Below, piece after piece: positions 35,154 to 49,134 of a stretch of DNA of 64,000 nucleotides. The notes under the pieces were generated by a model. The model had not been told where the DNA came from and made no database searches. It saw only the letters and a program-made list of their open reading frames with translations. A program made the position numbers and the translations under genes. The DNA comes from Azolla caroliniana (taxonomy: Eukaryota; Plantae; Polypodiophyta), in assembly GCA_043228905.1 (NCBI GenBank), contig JBHGNT010000097.1, forward strand, positions 27,971 to 91,970, written 5' to 3'. Numbering within the stretch: the stretch's first letter is position 1; each line of letters opens with the position of its first letter.

Positions 35154-38100
35154 ATGCAGCCAGCAACAAAAATGCGCCAGACCTAGAAACCAAAGACGAG
35201 CAAAAAAAAAGAAAAGGACAAACGAGCAGATATGAACACGGCCAACAGAGGGTATAGCAGAAGCCGCCAGAAGCAGCGGATGACCTGTTTCTACAAAAAA
35301 AACAGCTGCATATAGCAGAAGCCACTTCCAGGAAGATGCGGTGTAGAGCTGAACTGCGGACGGAGCGTGAAGAATTGTGAAATTCGGGAAGAATCTGTTA
35401 CACCAAGTATCAGAATTACGAACACGAAAAGCAGCCAGCCGGACTGCAGCCATGCTGCGCACCTTTGGTGGAGCTGCGAGACAAACGTAAAGCGGCAGCT
35501 AACAGACTACAGTGAAGCTAGACTACAAGCCATTAGTAAACCCCGATGATTAGGTTCAGCTGTTGGCTGTGCCCGCGTATATCAATCCGTTTTTTCTGCT
35601 TGCTGTGATGCGGCATGAAACGATGAACCACAGAGACGATTTGCCAGCCAAGCCAGCCAACCGGGAAGCTAAACTACGAACCAAGACCGTGCTCATCCCT
35701 GCTCGTTGCCGAAGCTAACATGCACTGATGAGGAGTTGAACCTTATGCAAGGAGCTCCGTTAGCTCTCAGTACATCAAAAGAAATCAGTAAAGTAAGTAG
35801 AGCTCTTGCTTGCCTAAAACACAAAAAACAAGGTAAACTTTAATATTGGAAATTATTCATGTTATCTTTTACGATTAATATCCTACCTTACTGATCCAAT
35901 TCTTCTCTTTCCATTTCTTTCACTTTAGAAGCACCCGGTAGGGTCTTGTATCTACTAGAGCTAGACCTTTGACTTCTATCTGGTTCTTCCTCTTTCTTCT
36001 ACTTTGCTTTATTTTAGAAGCACCCACCTGCTACTTCCGCCTCATTTACACTAAAAATAGTATGCCGGCGAACGTGGAAATTCAGCTTTCCGCCTCTGCC
36101 CTCGTAGGTGAATCGATGGGCGGTAAATTGTCGTCTTCTGCGGCGGCCCGCATCATAGGCGCGTTGCTGCTTTCTGCGGCATCCTCGTAGGGTGAGTTGT
36201 GTTCTATGGTATACTGCGATATAGGTAAGGATTCTTCGGCCGAAATAATCTTATTGGATTATAAAACGCCGCATTAATTGTATAGCTCTGCGCCATTCGT
36301 ATTTAGCGTAAGCTCCCTTCATCAGGGAGTCGAGTTCTTCAATCCGCTCAATATCTTCCGTACCCTCAGTCTGAGTTACACGCTCATTGATGTGCGGTTG
36401 ATCTAATGCTTCAGCGGTGTCTGCTGTGCTTGCAGCACTTCCTCTTCTACTGACGATGTTGGTAAAATTAACGAATAGATAGTTATTGAGCCTTTGCATG
36501 TGCTTTTTTATTTAGTGTTTAGGTCTAATTAGTAGGCTAGGCGTTAACCTGCCCGAAGAGGTCAGACGTCCCTCTCCTGCTCGTTCTTCGTATCCATAAC
36601 GATTTTGTTTCAAGTAAGGTTTTAGGGTTTAGTGAATGGGAATCCCTTTAGATTATAAATGTCCTGCGAGGCAAAAAACCTGGTGAAGCATCTGATAAAG
36701 CAGCTCATTTTTAGCTCATATTCTTCCTGGGCGAAGCGCCGCTCGTCTCATATTCTTTTATCCTCCCCTGAGTAGACTTCTACTAACTTCTTTTCTCTAA
36801 AAGGGAACAATTCGTTTGTGAGAATAGCCGTATTATTCTTTTTGGACGGAAAGACCTGCTTCACTGTTCCCGCTGTGGGATTGGCTTCGAGCTCTTCTTT
36901 CTTGCGCGGGCGGCTTAGGTGGAAGGTAAAGAGGGTCCCTTTCTGGTCATTCAATTTCTACCAAAAAGCAAGCAGCAAAGTAATCTATAAATTCTATCTA
37001 AGTTATAGGAGGAGAGACAGGTCGTTTTCCAGATCCTTCGACAACGAAAAGAATGGGGTTGAGAACTGCTGAATAGCTGGTTTGCCTGCACCGTACAGTT
37101 CTGGCTTTGACTTTCGGTCGATTCCCCATTACTGTAAACGTGGCGGAAACTGCCTGCGGTTAAGTGCCGGCACAGAACAAACATTTCGATGATAGAATGT
37201 CGGTTTAGTTTCCGCAGGCCATGCCGGTCGGATCGCCGTTCCGGCGGACCAAACCTGCCGTGGCTTTGCCTTTCCCTTTGCCTTTGAATCGAGTCTCGAA
37301 AGCAGCTATGAAACCGTGGGGGGCGACCCCTGCAGGACCTGTGCTGTAGGCCACCCCTAAAGCAGATAGAACCAGAATCGGATCGTGAAAGACTGATGGA
37401 ACGAGTGACATGACCGAATGATTGTTTAGCTAGTGATAGATTTTACGGGTCTTAAACGTTGTATGCTTTCTTTTTGGGGTGTTGGAGTATTGAACTTTTA
37501 TTTCCTCATCACCTAGCCCGGGATTTAGTGAAATTCTCCCTACACCTTGACTAAACGATCATTTCGAATGGACGACGCAGGAGAGGAGTCGCATCCTTTC
37601 TCCTTCCGTATCCGCTCTTGAAAATCACCGGCCCGCCCCTTCCACCCATCATAGTGCCCCCTCGTCCGTTACTTTACCTCAGTGCTCTCCTGCCCGCGTA
37701 ACATTATGAAAGGGTTGAGAACAGCAACGGCGACGGTATAGCAAGAGAAAGCTAGAGAGAAAGGGCTATGGGAATGTGAAGGACTCCCTTCGTTGAAAAA
37801 GAAAGTGTCGATTGTCTATTCTTTAGGCACTCGCGGGAGACTAATCTCTCCTAGAGAACACGTGTGGGAAGTATTCGTTTCTAATAATCCCAAAGTCTTT
37901 AAGGTTTTGACCATTTTGTGTAACCATTAGGATGCTCCGAAAACACTGGAGTACAGGAAGGAAACACTGGTGTCAAAGCATTCTTTGGGAACCACATCCT
38001 GTTCTTCCTAGATGGATGATTTGCCCCGTTTGATGCCGTCGTGTGAAAGTTGTTTTCATGATTTAGGAATTCAACTGATTTTAGGTAATCCATCTTTATG

Positions 38101-38273
38101 TGGCACGACATGAAAGGTGCTATGAAAAACACGTAACCGACCGAATTACGTGAAATGGATAAATCAATCTGGTTAGGGCATTCTTTAGAACTTACTTCAG
38201 GAAGAATCATCCAGGGCTGCGGTTGCGGTTTCTTCTTTCTTGTATTCATAACTTTTTTCTATTGCTTTTTCGG

Positions 38274-38314
38274 CGAAAAGGCAAGCAAGTTTTACCTGAC
38301 TTAACTGAAAAGCC
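38274..38314 (+). repeat. 41-bp perfect inverted repeat, copy 2
   Basis: Identical to the reverse complement of 8734-8774. Confidence 0.95.
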
Positions 38315-38548
38315 ATTTTCCTCTCTGCAAACTCCAGGAGAGAGTGGACTTCAGGAAATCACAAAGTGGGTCCCCAAGGAGGAAAGGAGGAGGGAACTTG
38401 TGAGGAAGTTTCCACCCTCCTTTCGGCCTCTGGGGTTAAACAAGACCCAGATAAAGTCAAGTTAGAGAGCCGTGTAATGGGCGACTATTCCGCACGGTTC
38501 GGAGAGCACAACTACGATCACTTCTCCTCGGCAGAAGCTTGACTCTAT
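38274..38548 (+). other. 3' part of group II intron atp1i361g2 (domains IV-VI)
   Basis: Domain V gagagccgtgtaatgggcgactattccgcacggttcggagagc at about 38465-38507; ends ...ctctAT. Confidence 0.9.
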
Positions 38549-39735
<1,187 letters not shown>

Positions 39736-40046
39736 TTCAAGAGATGGGGAAGGAGGCCCCCTCACGTAATTACTAAGGAGACCCTCCCTTTTGTTTGTAG
39801 GAGCGTTAGGCGGGTGAGCGGATAACGGCGGGAATTGAACAAGCCGATAGATCACCGCCACCTAACCTATAGGTGGTTTGCGGGAATTGGCCCAGTTACC
39901 TCCTATAGAAATGCTTTGTTTGTTTGTCTTTTGGTAGGGACAGTCATTACGCGTAGCTTCGTTGGACACAACGACTGGCAACGGTTGATTTCGGCCGGCA
40001 GCTTCGGGGAAAGGTTTGAACCCATGGCTATGGCAATCTATTTTCT

Positions 40047-41771
40047 GGCTTCTTTTTTTCTAAAATAAATTCCGATTCGCTAGAGAGAGATCAATTGCTT
40101 GCTTGCTTGCGGGGTGGAGTAAATGGCCAACTCGTCAGGCTCATGACCTGAAGACTGCGGGTTCAAACCCTGCCCCCGCACTACATGTTGTCAACAGTAA
40201 AAAAGCAAATGAAGATTATTGTATAATAATCCATGCTTAAGAATGGGAAACTAACGTGACTATTCATATTGTCAATTCGTTATCATTCGTGTTGTCAATG
40301 AGACGGTGACATTCCAATGAAGCGGTTTTCATCATCATGAAGGCCTTCATGCATGCATGAAGAACCTGTTTGGTTTGATGAACATGCCGGTTCATCATGC
40401 TTGCTGTTTAAAATACTCGTTAGGTGGTTCCGCTTTTCTTTTGGGGAAGGCGTGCGTTTCAGGCTTGCAGGGAAAAGTGCCATTTCCGAGTTCAAAGATT
40501 GCTGCTTTAAAGTGGAAAGAAAAGTGCAAAGCATCTTCTTGCCAGTGATTCATCAAGATTGCCGCCGGCTCGGTTTAAAGTGAAAAGAAAAGTGCTGCTT
40601 TGCTTTGCTTTGCTGGATTCGCAGATTATGGCCAGAAGATGATATTGCCTTCTTGCATGATCCTTCTGAATTTTACCAACGGAATTTCGAAATTCCAGCA
40701 TTCAATTCTTTCCGCAATCTGAGCCGCATTAAAGATTATCGTATAATAATCCATGAATATTCAGGCCTTCTTGAAAGTTCAAAAGAAGAACTTTGGTAGC
40801 CATTTATATTACACTTTTTACCGCTTCTTCTTCTTCCGCAGTGCAGTTTTCTTGCGCTTCATGAAGAAAAGGTGCTGTTTGAAATTGTAGCTTGAATCTT
40901 ATCGGAAAACTAACTCTAGGCCTTCTTGATGAACAGCTATGGATAATACGGCGGAAGTTGCTTGCGGGGAAGAACCAAGGTGGTGGATGAACCCGCTGCT
41001 TCATCAGCGCGATGAAGACGATTAACGCTACTTATCGGCTACGGTAAAGTCAGACGGCCCGATGGGGGAGTTGGTAGCAGAAGCTAGACAATTGCTAGCG
41101 GCCCAACAAGAAAAGAAAAGAAGCGGATTGACGTGGCCGCAGTCATTCGACCTCCCCATGCTATCTGAGTGGATGCACCTCACCCTTCCACTGGCTATGC
41201 GGGGACTGGACCAATGTGATCTCGCCTTGACGTTGGCGGTCCGGCTTATGGAGAAGAGACCAACTGTGGTGTGGCCTTCTCCAACCAAGAGTCACACCAA
41301 AATGAAAATATTGCACTTGTGCCCGTTAGTTGACCGCGTTTCCAGCTAACGTTCCTTGTCATTGCGAACGACACCCTATTCATTCATTCATTCATTCGTT
41401 CGATCGGGGAATAAATCGCCCGCCCTTCATGCTGAATCCGCGTGTCTGCGTGTGGAAATCGCAGCGGCCTAATCGTTCGTACGGTTCTTCGAGGAAGAAA
41501 TAAATCTATCCCTGCATCCCAACTACGAATAAGAATCAATCAGAGTTCTTTCGATTTTCTTTACGGAAACGCGGAAAGCCAGCCCATCGCCGCTTTGTTT
41601 GCGGTCGACGAGACAAAGCGAAGGCCTTCATTGCATTGCATTGCATTGCATTGCTGCGACTTGTTGAAGAACCAACCTTTAACTCCCATGCATATGGAGG
41701 AGAGAGAAAAAGGGAAAAAACCGAACAGACTTAGAAGTCGTTGAAAGGAATATTTGAGCATGATTCTTTCG
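40047..41771 (+). repeat. 1725-bp direct repeat of 55469-57193 (trnfM plus nad2 leader), placed in front of cox2
   Basis: Constant offset 15422; ends in ...gagcatgattctttcg in both copies. Confidence 0.95.
40108..40181 (+). tRNA. trnfM: Initiator tRNA-fMet(CAU), copy 2
   Basis: Same sequence as the copies at 32125 and 55530. Confidence 0.9.
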
Positions 41772-41773
41772 TA

Positions 41774-42179
41774 ATGGGCACACGCCTCTTAGTGATTTCG
41801 AGAACCCTTTTTTGGTAGCTATTCGTCCCAATTGCTCCTCGTGACGCCGCAGAACCTTGGTAATTGGGATTTTAGGACGCAGCCATACCTATGATGTAAG
41901 GAATAATTGACTCACATCACGATATTCCGGTCCTCTTAATCATTATTCTGATCTTCGTACTATGGATGTTGGTCCGCACTTTATGGCATTTCCATTATCG
42001 AAGAAACCCCATTCCTGAAAGAATGGTTCACGGAACTACTACAGAGATTATTTGGACCATTCCTCTCAGTTTCGTTCTGATGTTTATTGTTATACTATCT
42101 TTCGCTTTATTATATTTGATGGACTAGGTGGTAGATCTAGCCATTATCATCAAAGCTATTGGACATTAACGGTATCGGA
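41774..42179 (+). CDS. cox2: Cytochrome c oxidase subunit 2, exon 1 (in-frame start candidates ATA 41750, ATG 41774, GTG 41792)
   Basis: PIAP.DAAEPW(Q)LGF(Q)DAA.PMM(Q)GIID.HHDI...[10 protein letters not shown]...IKAIGH(Q).Y. A | GTGCG. Confidence 0.93.
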
Positions 42180-42595
42180 GTGCGCCCTTTGACGAAGGTG
42201 ATGGAAGTGCAACAAAACGCACCGGACTACCTCTACAGTCCACAAAGTATCTGGCTTACCAAATGAGAGACGAGAATCAAGGGAAATTCTCGTCTGACGT
42301 CGGGAGACTCAAGAGACTAGAGCGTGCCAGAAACGGGAAGTTGAGGTGCTACCTATGCATTGAGAAGGCTCCCCTAGCCAATGAGAAGCCTATGGTTCCA
42401 TTCTCGGAGTCGTTGGAGGTACGCATTCCCGCTTCCAGTATAGGCAATGTACAGGAAATGGATGCTCAGCTTGCGATGTTCAATGACGGCGCTGAAGTAA
42501 TAAGTCTATCGGCACTACAGCTAGTGGCATACAACTTCGGACCTAACGGGCCTGACCCCGTCATCTCTGGAATGGGGGATTCCCGACGTGTTGGC

Positions 42596-42632
<37 letters not shown>

Positions 42633-43181
42633 CCACAGTGGTTACAAAACTACCAGAGGAGGAGCGAGGCCGAAGGTTGACTGTTCCTGCTCTGCCTTCC
42701 TCGGGTACGGAGGTCCCACAGTAGGTAACAGCGAGCACAAGCACTTTACCGAAGGGGACCAGCGCTTATACTCCACCCCCCTTTTTTTGGGTCGGGTCTC
42801 AACTGCTCGCAGTAAGGAACGTTGCGAAATTCAGTGGAAACTCAAAGATCACAGAGAATTGACCGTAAATGAAAATGTAAGTATTATTTCAGGTAAGACA
42901 TATTAGTCTCCTTGTTTGGAAAGTCACCCTGTCGAACGAAAAAGACTAGGATCATGGCTTGATTGAACGGGAAACAGACTCCTAGCTTGCCAGGAATATC
43001 ATCGTTCGATCCGCCAGAGACGGTCTATCCCTGCCTGAAAGACTCGCTCGAGAAGGACGGACCTAGCAACAGTATACTCTTCAAGTGTTAATAGGCGTGG
43101 AGAGCTGTCTGCAGGGAAACTTGCAAGTACAGTTTGGAGGGAGGCGAATGAACCTAAAGAAGGGCTGGCCGCCGACCCAAC
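42180..43181 (+). other. Group II intron cox2i373g2 (cis)
   Basis: 5' GTGCG; domain V gagagctgtctgcagggaaacttgcaagtacagttt at about 43100; ends cccAAC. Confidence 0.92.
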
Positions 43182-43558
43182 CTTATGAGTATTCAGACTA
43201 TAACAGTTCCGATGAATAGTCATTAACTTTTGACAGTTATATGATTTCGGAGGATGATCTGGAATTAGGTTAATCACGTCTACCAGAAGTGGACAATTGA
43301 GTAGTTGTACTAGCCAAGACTTATTTATGTATGATTATAACTTTGGCTGATGTACTTTATAGTCGGGCTGTACCTTTCCCAGGTGCTAAATGTGATGCTG
43401 TACCCGGTTGTTCGAATCAGACTTCCATTTTTACATAATGAGAGGGAGTTTACCATGGTTAGCGCAGCGAGATCTGTGGAACTAATTATGCGTTTACGCT
43501 TACTGTCGTGGAAGTTGTTTCTAAGAATGATTATCTGGAGTGGGTATCCGGTCAGTAA
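43182..43558 (+). CDS. cox2: Cytochrome c oxidase subunit 2, exon 2 (no cox2i691g2)
   Basis: [12 protein letters not shown](Q)[16 protein letters not shown](Q)..L.EVDN...ADVL.S.AVP...KCDAVPG...SEICGTN.AF. Confidence 0.93.
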
Positions 43559-43898
43559 ACAGTAATGCAATCATCAATAATGCTGGTGTCGTCTCCTTCT
43601 AGATTAGATTAGAGGTCTCTCTTTTTTTGAAAGAGAAACCAAACCACCATTATCTGTTGCGGGAAAAATCAACCTCTATGCCGCCAAAGGTTATGAAGCG
43701 CAATTCCAAGAGTTTCATTCGATCGAGAAACCGAAGTACGTCTCGACAAGCAAGCTTGGACCACGGTCCCGACCGAATGTGCAAGCAACTTTATCGCAAT
43801 CCCGATTACGTATGTGTGACTCCGGTGGATTAATTTCCTTTGTATCTCATTGATAAAGAAAGAAAGAATAGGTGCATGCTGGCCCAAGTAGGCACTTC

Positions 43899-43925
43899 GG
43901 GATGGGGGCTTAATGAATCCCCCAT
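43899..43925 (+). terminator. Stem-loop downstream of cox2
   Basis: gatgggggcttaatgaatcccccatc inside a ~75-bp block shared with the nad7 3' flank. Confidence 0.5.
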
Positions 43926-45086
43926 CTCACCCTATAAACTAGTGTCTGTGCGACGGGTTGTATAAAGCAGTTCATGCTATTTTTCAAAAAAAAGTTGAAA
44001 TGCACAATGAAACTGCTTAATTTAATATGCGTTATCAACTTACAACACTAGGCCTAGTGTTAGATTTTCTCATAGAAAGATAACTTTATTTGGATTAAGA
44101 AGACTTATTTATTGGTATTGTTGTTTCTCTCATTATATATAGCCTTCTTGTCATAGTGGACGTGGACAAAATGCATTGTTTATGTGGTGTTGTATTGTTT
44201 ATAGTGGACAGAATGGGCCGGATGAAGCCGGCGAAAAGGGGTTTCATGATGGGATTGGTGGCTGTCCAGTGAGCGCTGGGAGCTATGTGAACCAATCCTG
44301 CTTTCGGCAGGAGTACTGTGCTGTTCGTATACGGCTTACTTCCAAGAGGCTGGGAAGGCCAGAAAGATAGCTAACGGTGTTGCGGTGCTAACACTTCAGC
44401 TATTGTACGGACTTTGTTTGCTGCGCTCTAAGTGAGCTTGTACCCACAGGAGATGACTGCTGCACCGTCCGTATAGGTGTCTCCTTTACTTTAGACGACG
44501 ACTGGGTCAGAGAGACCTTAAGCCGTTGTCTGACCTACTTAACATTACCTTTGACGGGGAGGCTAATGGGCCTACACTACACATCGTAGAGTCGGTTAAG
44601 GTGGCCTGCTTGTCCATATCCTCTGGCTCACTTATTAGGCCTAGCCCGGCGCCACTACGTGGACAGTGTCGCTATAGGTTTGGTAGGCCAAAGGAAGAGG
44701 CTCAATGTGAAAGGCATCACTGATACTCTGTCTGAGCAACTGTCAACCTTCTTCTCCTTAGTGCCCTTTGTCTAGAGGGACAGACCCTCACCTTGATAGC
44801 TGCCGCTCAGTCTAACCAGGCCATATCCTTACCCTACACAGGCCAGGTACAGTTCTATCCTCAGGGTGGTTAGGGAGCGTCCAGTGCTAGCTCGGTCAGC
44901 CCCTGAGCTGGACCTAACAGTGTGTATAGCTAACTTTAATGACAAAACTATGAGGACTGTTTCATGGTGTCTAGGTCAGCCTAGACGGCGGGCGGTTGCT
45001 TCACGACTTCCTGCTACACCAGTCATAAGATAAGCGACTCAGAGTCTGTACCTGACAGGTACGGGCGTTGACCTCTTCTAATCTAA

Positions 45087-45183
45087 CAGGTGGTGGAAGT
45101 GCAACGAAACGCACCGGACTACTTCTACAGTCCACAAAGCATCTGGCTTACCGAATGAAAGACAAGAATCAAAGGGAATTCTC
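45087..45183 (+). repeat. Diverged copy of the 5' region of cox2i373g2
   Basis: Aligns with about 42196-42291 with several substitutions. Confidence 0.85.
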
Positions 45184-45479
45184 AAACCGAGAGGTCGAGG
45201 GAACACCTCGAATTGCTCCGACTCCTAATATCGGATTGCTTCTCTTTGGGATCCAGGTATACTTCAATGGCTTGGCCCTTGTACCAGCCACTACCTCTGC
45301 CCGGCGCCCCTGCTGGCATAATTGGTGACAGAACTCAACTACGTATTACCCGAGTTTAGTATACAGAGTGCGATAAAAAAAAGAGAATTTACTATATAAA
45401 GGAAGCTCAGCCTAACGACTGGATAGGCGGCCCGGGTCAACTCGAGATTCTCCGCGCGCGATTCCACTAGGAAATGAGT

Positions 45480-46620
45480 TAGAGGGCAAGCTTACTTAAA
45501 TGAAGGACTTCTCCGAAGAGCAAAAGAATGAAATCTAACACCAGCCCCGGAAGAGACTTTACTCCCAAACTCGAGGAACTTATCTTCTTAACATCTAGAG
45601 CATCGCGGAACCGAGGGACCCTGCTAAGATTCGTTGGGCGTGCTGCGATATTTACTATCACAAATCCTTGGCTCCCGGCTCTACTTTTCCTCCTCAAATC
45701 CAATAACTTCCTTCCTTTCCGCCATCCTGTTAAAAAGCCAAGCACAGAGCTAGGCCTTGGCCCTTCTATCTGTTGGGTGCCGCCTCCTATCTCTCCCACC
45801 GGAAACCAAAGGGGAATGGGTGGCTTTCGTGCTTTGTTTTATGAGCCCAATGCAGCAAAGCATCTTTCTGCTGCAGCAATAAAGAAGTTGTTGCGTCGAC
45901 CTCTTTTTTCATTTTTCCTGTTGATCCATTTGCTTTCTGTATATTCCCGGACGTATTCTTCAATGCACATTGCTGAATGATAAGGTGGTTTTCCGCCGTT
46001 TCCAGCCTCTCCATGTGTCCTTGCCCATCAGTCTTAGAATCATGTAGCGCGGGCGGCTGGTCGTCTTCATATCACTTGCGGGCTCCTCTCTTCTCATTTC
46101 TCGTGAAAAATGGTATGGTGATGAAAAACTCTTTGCTAGGCCTAACGAACCGGCCCAAGGTTGCTAGCGGCGGAGAATGAGGATGCTCTCTTCAGTCAGT
46201 TGGCCATCCCGGACCCGAACGGCGGCTCTCAGGCCGGCCGGCCGGCCCTCCAGGGCTTCTCTTTCTATAGGGGTTCCCCCTCTCAGTCAGGTGGCGCTAT
46301 GGTCTCAGTATCTAGGCGTGGTTATTCGGTCCCTTTACCCTTCTCTTTGCGCTCTATTCCTTTTCTCACGCACTGATCATTGGGTAGGTCCTCATCAGTC
46401 TCACTCCGCCCAACATTGACATTATTTGAGTAGGCAGAATCCACCACCGCACCTTCTTCCTTTATAGTGTCCCACTTCTCACGAATTGATTCAATTTGTG
46501 ATTGATAGGACAACCCTTTCATTTCTTTCAATAAGTTCTTCTCAAGATTGCTTATCTCTCTCTTGCATTCCCTAACATATTGGTCTACCCTTGGCATGGA
46601 ACTTGACGTTTGGAACTGCA
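45480..46620 (-). mobile_element. Probable degenerate non-LTR (LINE-like) retrotransposon remnant: ORF1-like tail plus APE endonuclease N-terminus
   Basis: LKNTSGNIQKANG...K....D...LLLQQ resembles I.SWNVRGLN...DILLLQE; FVIVNIAA.P...F.DAL...FILL.FG resembles the VNIYAP...FW..L...ILLGDFN blocks. Confidence 0.45.
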
Positions 46621-48084
46621 GGGGAAGGGCACTTGACCGATTCCAGCTCTGAGTGACCTAGACTAATTTCTTTCTGAACGCCCATTTCACGGCAGGCGCA
46701 AAGAAAGCGGCGTTTGCCTCGCCGGCGGCGTTTGAGGCGAATAGCCGCCTTGCCGGCGAGGCAAATAATCTATTGTGTGTGAATTGAAATATCACATACA
46801 CAGTACTGATCACATATGTATTGAGAGGGAACAATAGGAGTTAGCAATTAAATTGCTCCGCCAATGAATGATTTACAAGATCTATTCGAGCTACTTTGTT
46901 TTCCTGTTTTGGGGAAGACAGTGTTTCTCTATTTTATTCTTATAGGAAAGTTTCAGATAATTATGGTGAGGTTCGGGGAATACCACAACATTAGGTTTTT
47001 CATACTCAACCTCCAGATAATGTGGGTAGTAATAGTCTAGACAATGAAAAGAAAAAAGAGAAGTTTTTTTTCAGAAAAGAGGATACTTCTCAGGTATCCA
47101 ATAACCTTTGTGACTGGAAGGATAATAGGAAGAATCTTTATGAATGAAGAGATAGGAGAGAGGCCTTGAAAGAGATCATTTTCTTTATTTCAGTTATTCT
47201 ATCGATTTTCTAATTCATTCTTTTTTTCCTCTGCATTACACTATGTTTAGTTTGGTAAGATCTCAAGAAGCTTCTTTAATGGGTGTAAGATCACCGCAGG
47301 GTACCGTGGAACCGAGAATATTGACTACTTTGGGATTGGCATAAATATGTTTATGATTTATTGGCTATCTGGCTTAGAGAATATGTTCGCGAAAGGGAAT
47401 GCAAACCGGAATAACGTCCAATCTTTTTTCTAGAAAGGGTAAAAGATTGATGTGTTTCTCTTTAATAGTTTTTAGTAACGGTTCGAGCCTCTATATCTTT
47501 CCTTTCATGGGTAATCCGTAAGAGAGGGACGACTTTCACGAAGCATGTGATTTTTCAGAGAAATCTTCAGATTTTCATCTTTCGAATGGTCTTTTCCGGA
47601 GCTCCTTTCGGGAAGAGGAGAACCCCAGAATTAGGTCGGCCAGATTCCCAGATTTCCCTCTTTTCCACGATTTTGTCAAAAGCCTCTCTTTTCAAATAAA
47701 GGGAAATCCCCACTCCCGAATAAGGGCTCTCTTTCTCGGATTGAGTTTTTTATGCCAAACGTTTTCTCTCATCTAACGACGAATTTTGGATCCTGATGCC
47801 AACATATCTGTTTCTGTCCATTACCTTTCCGTCCTCGGTACTCATGGCAGTTTGTTCATAGTGCTTGGGCAGAGAACGCCGCTGTTTCCCGCGAGCATTC
47901 ACCTATATATATGTAACAGACTATATGATAGGGCGGCGGCATAGACTGGAAGAATTCGCGCCTACCCGGCCGTGGGCATGCCAAGAGTGATACATTATGA
48001 GAGGGTGCCAGATGGGAGAATGGGCGGGACCCGTGTCGGATGTAAGCCGCAATTGTTGATTTCACAAACAAACAGAGTTAAGCA

Positions 48085-48319
48085 GAACTTCAGGGGGTTT
48101 ACAATTTTTGACGCTAACAGCGGATTAAGTAACTTTTCAGGGATCCGTTCCGGTACAACGAGTGATATTATGTTTCAAGCGGAAAACACAAACCGAAGGC
48201 GTGACCTAGAGTCAAATCTCATAGCTGAACCCTAGTTTTGAATCTGAAACAGAGCCTTATGGGTTAGTACTGACTTTGTATCCAATTGTTTACGAAGAAC
48301 AAACGGATTAAGCTTCCGT
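48085..48319 (-). pseudogene. rpl6: 3'-truncated duplicate of rpl6
   Basis: Identical to 11373-11607 but breaks after ...CKPPEV; C-terminal KGRGI...KQG part missing. Confidence 0.88.
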
Positions 48320-49062
48320 AGACTTGACTTGATTTCGTTGTGGCTTCTTGTTCCGTTCTCGATATTCATGGCAGTTTTTTTGTTTGCGCTGGGATTACAG
48401 TATAATAATGAAAAGGTAGCTGCTTTCTTTGTCGACGCTTTGCGCTCAGCGGACGGAATGCGGGAAGACAGGTGCGTGCGTGCCGTGCCGTGCCGTGCCG
48501 TGCCGTGCCGTGCCGTGCCGCCGAAGGGGAGCAAGCTGCGAAACAGGGCGGGAAGCAGCCTAGTAGAGTAGTTGGATTGTTCATGCACTCACATGAACCC
48601 ATTACTCGAGATATTTCGAAAGTGACGCCCAAAACTGAAACTCCTTACCTAGCACCAGTAACAGTCAATCCGTAACATTGCAGGATAATAAGCTGGGACC
48701 CGGAGATTCGTCTTTGGGTCGTAAAGGCGGCCAAAGCCAGCCACTAAGCAACGCTCTTTCAATGCTTTACGTTCGTTTTCCGGGCGAAGTCTGGTCTGAT
48801 CTTACGACCTTCTAAGCTAAGCGTTAGATTTTACTAGCCTCTGTTCGGTCTGTAAGGTCAACTTGTGCCTGTAGCTCGAGCACCAAACTTCGAATCCGGG
48901 ATAGTTCGAATCTCTCCGGGCATGGACCTATCGATGAGTCATCGAAGTCTCAAGTCAATAGTTCCAAGGGAACCGCAATGAAGTCTTCATTGCGGTTCTT
49001 CCCCCGAAAGCTATAGCGCTTTCTCTACGGGGGAAGAACCGCACTCGGCTCTGGTTCCGCTG

Positions 49063-49134
49063 GCGGAAATAGCTTAATGGTAGAGTATAGCCTTGCCAAG
49101 GCTGGAGTTGAGGGTTCGAGTCCCTTTTTCCGCT
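49063..49134 (+). tRNA. trnG: tRNA-Gly(GCC), copy 2
   Basis: Identical to 12351-12422. Confidence 0.95.

Noticed and set aside
35900-38250. Short ORFs (36251-36499, 37899-38249) as bacterial or rickettsial HGT genes
   Set aside because: Short, fragmented and without recognisable domains; origin cannot be assigned from the sequence alone.
46850-47850. AT-rich segment resembling plastid ycf1 or ycf2
   Set aside because: No motif I can identify with confidence; needs BLAST.
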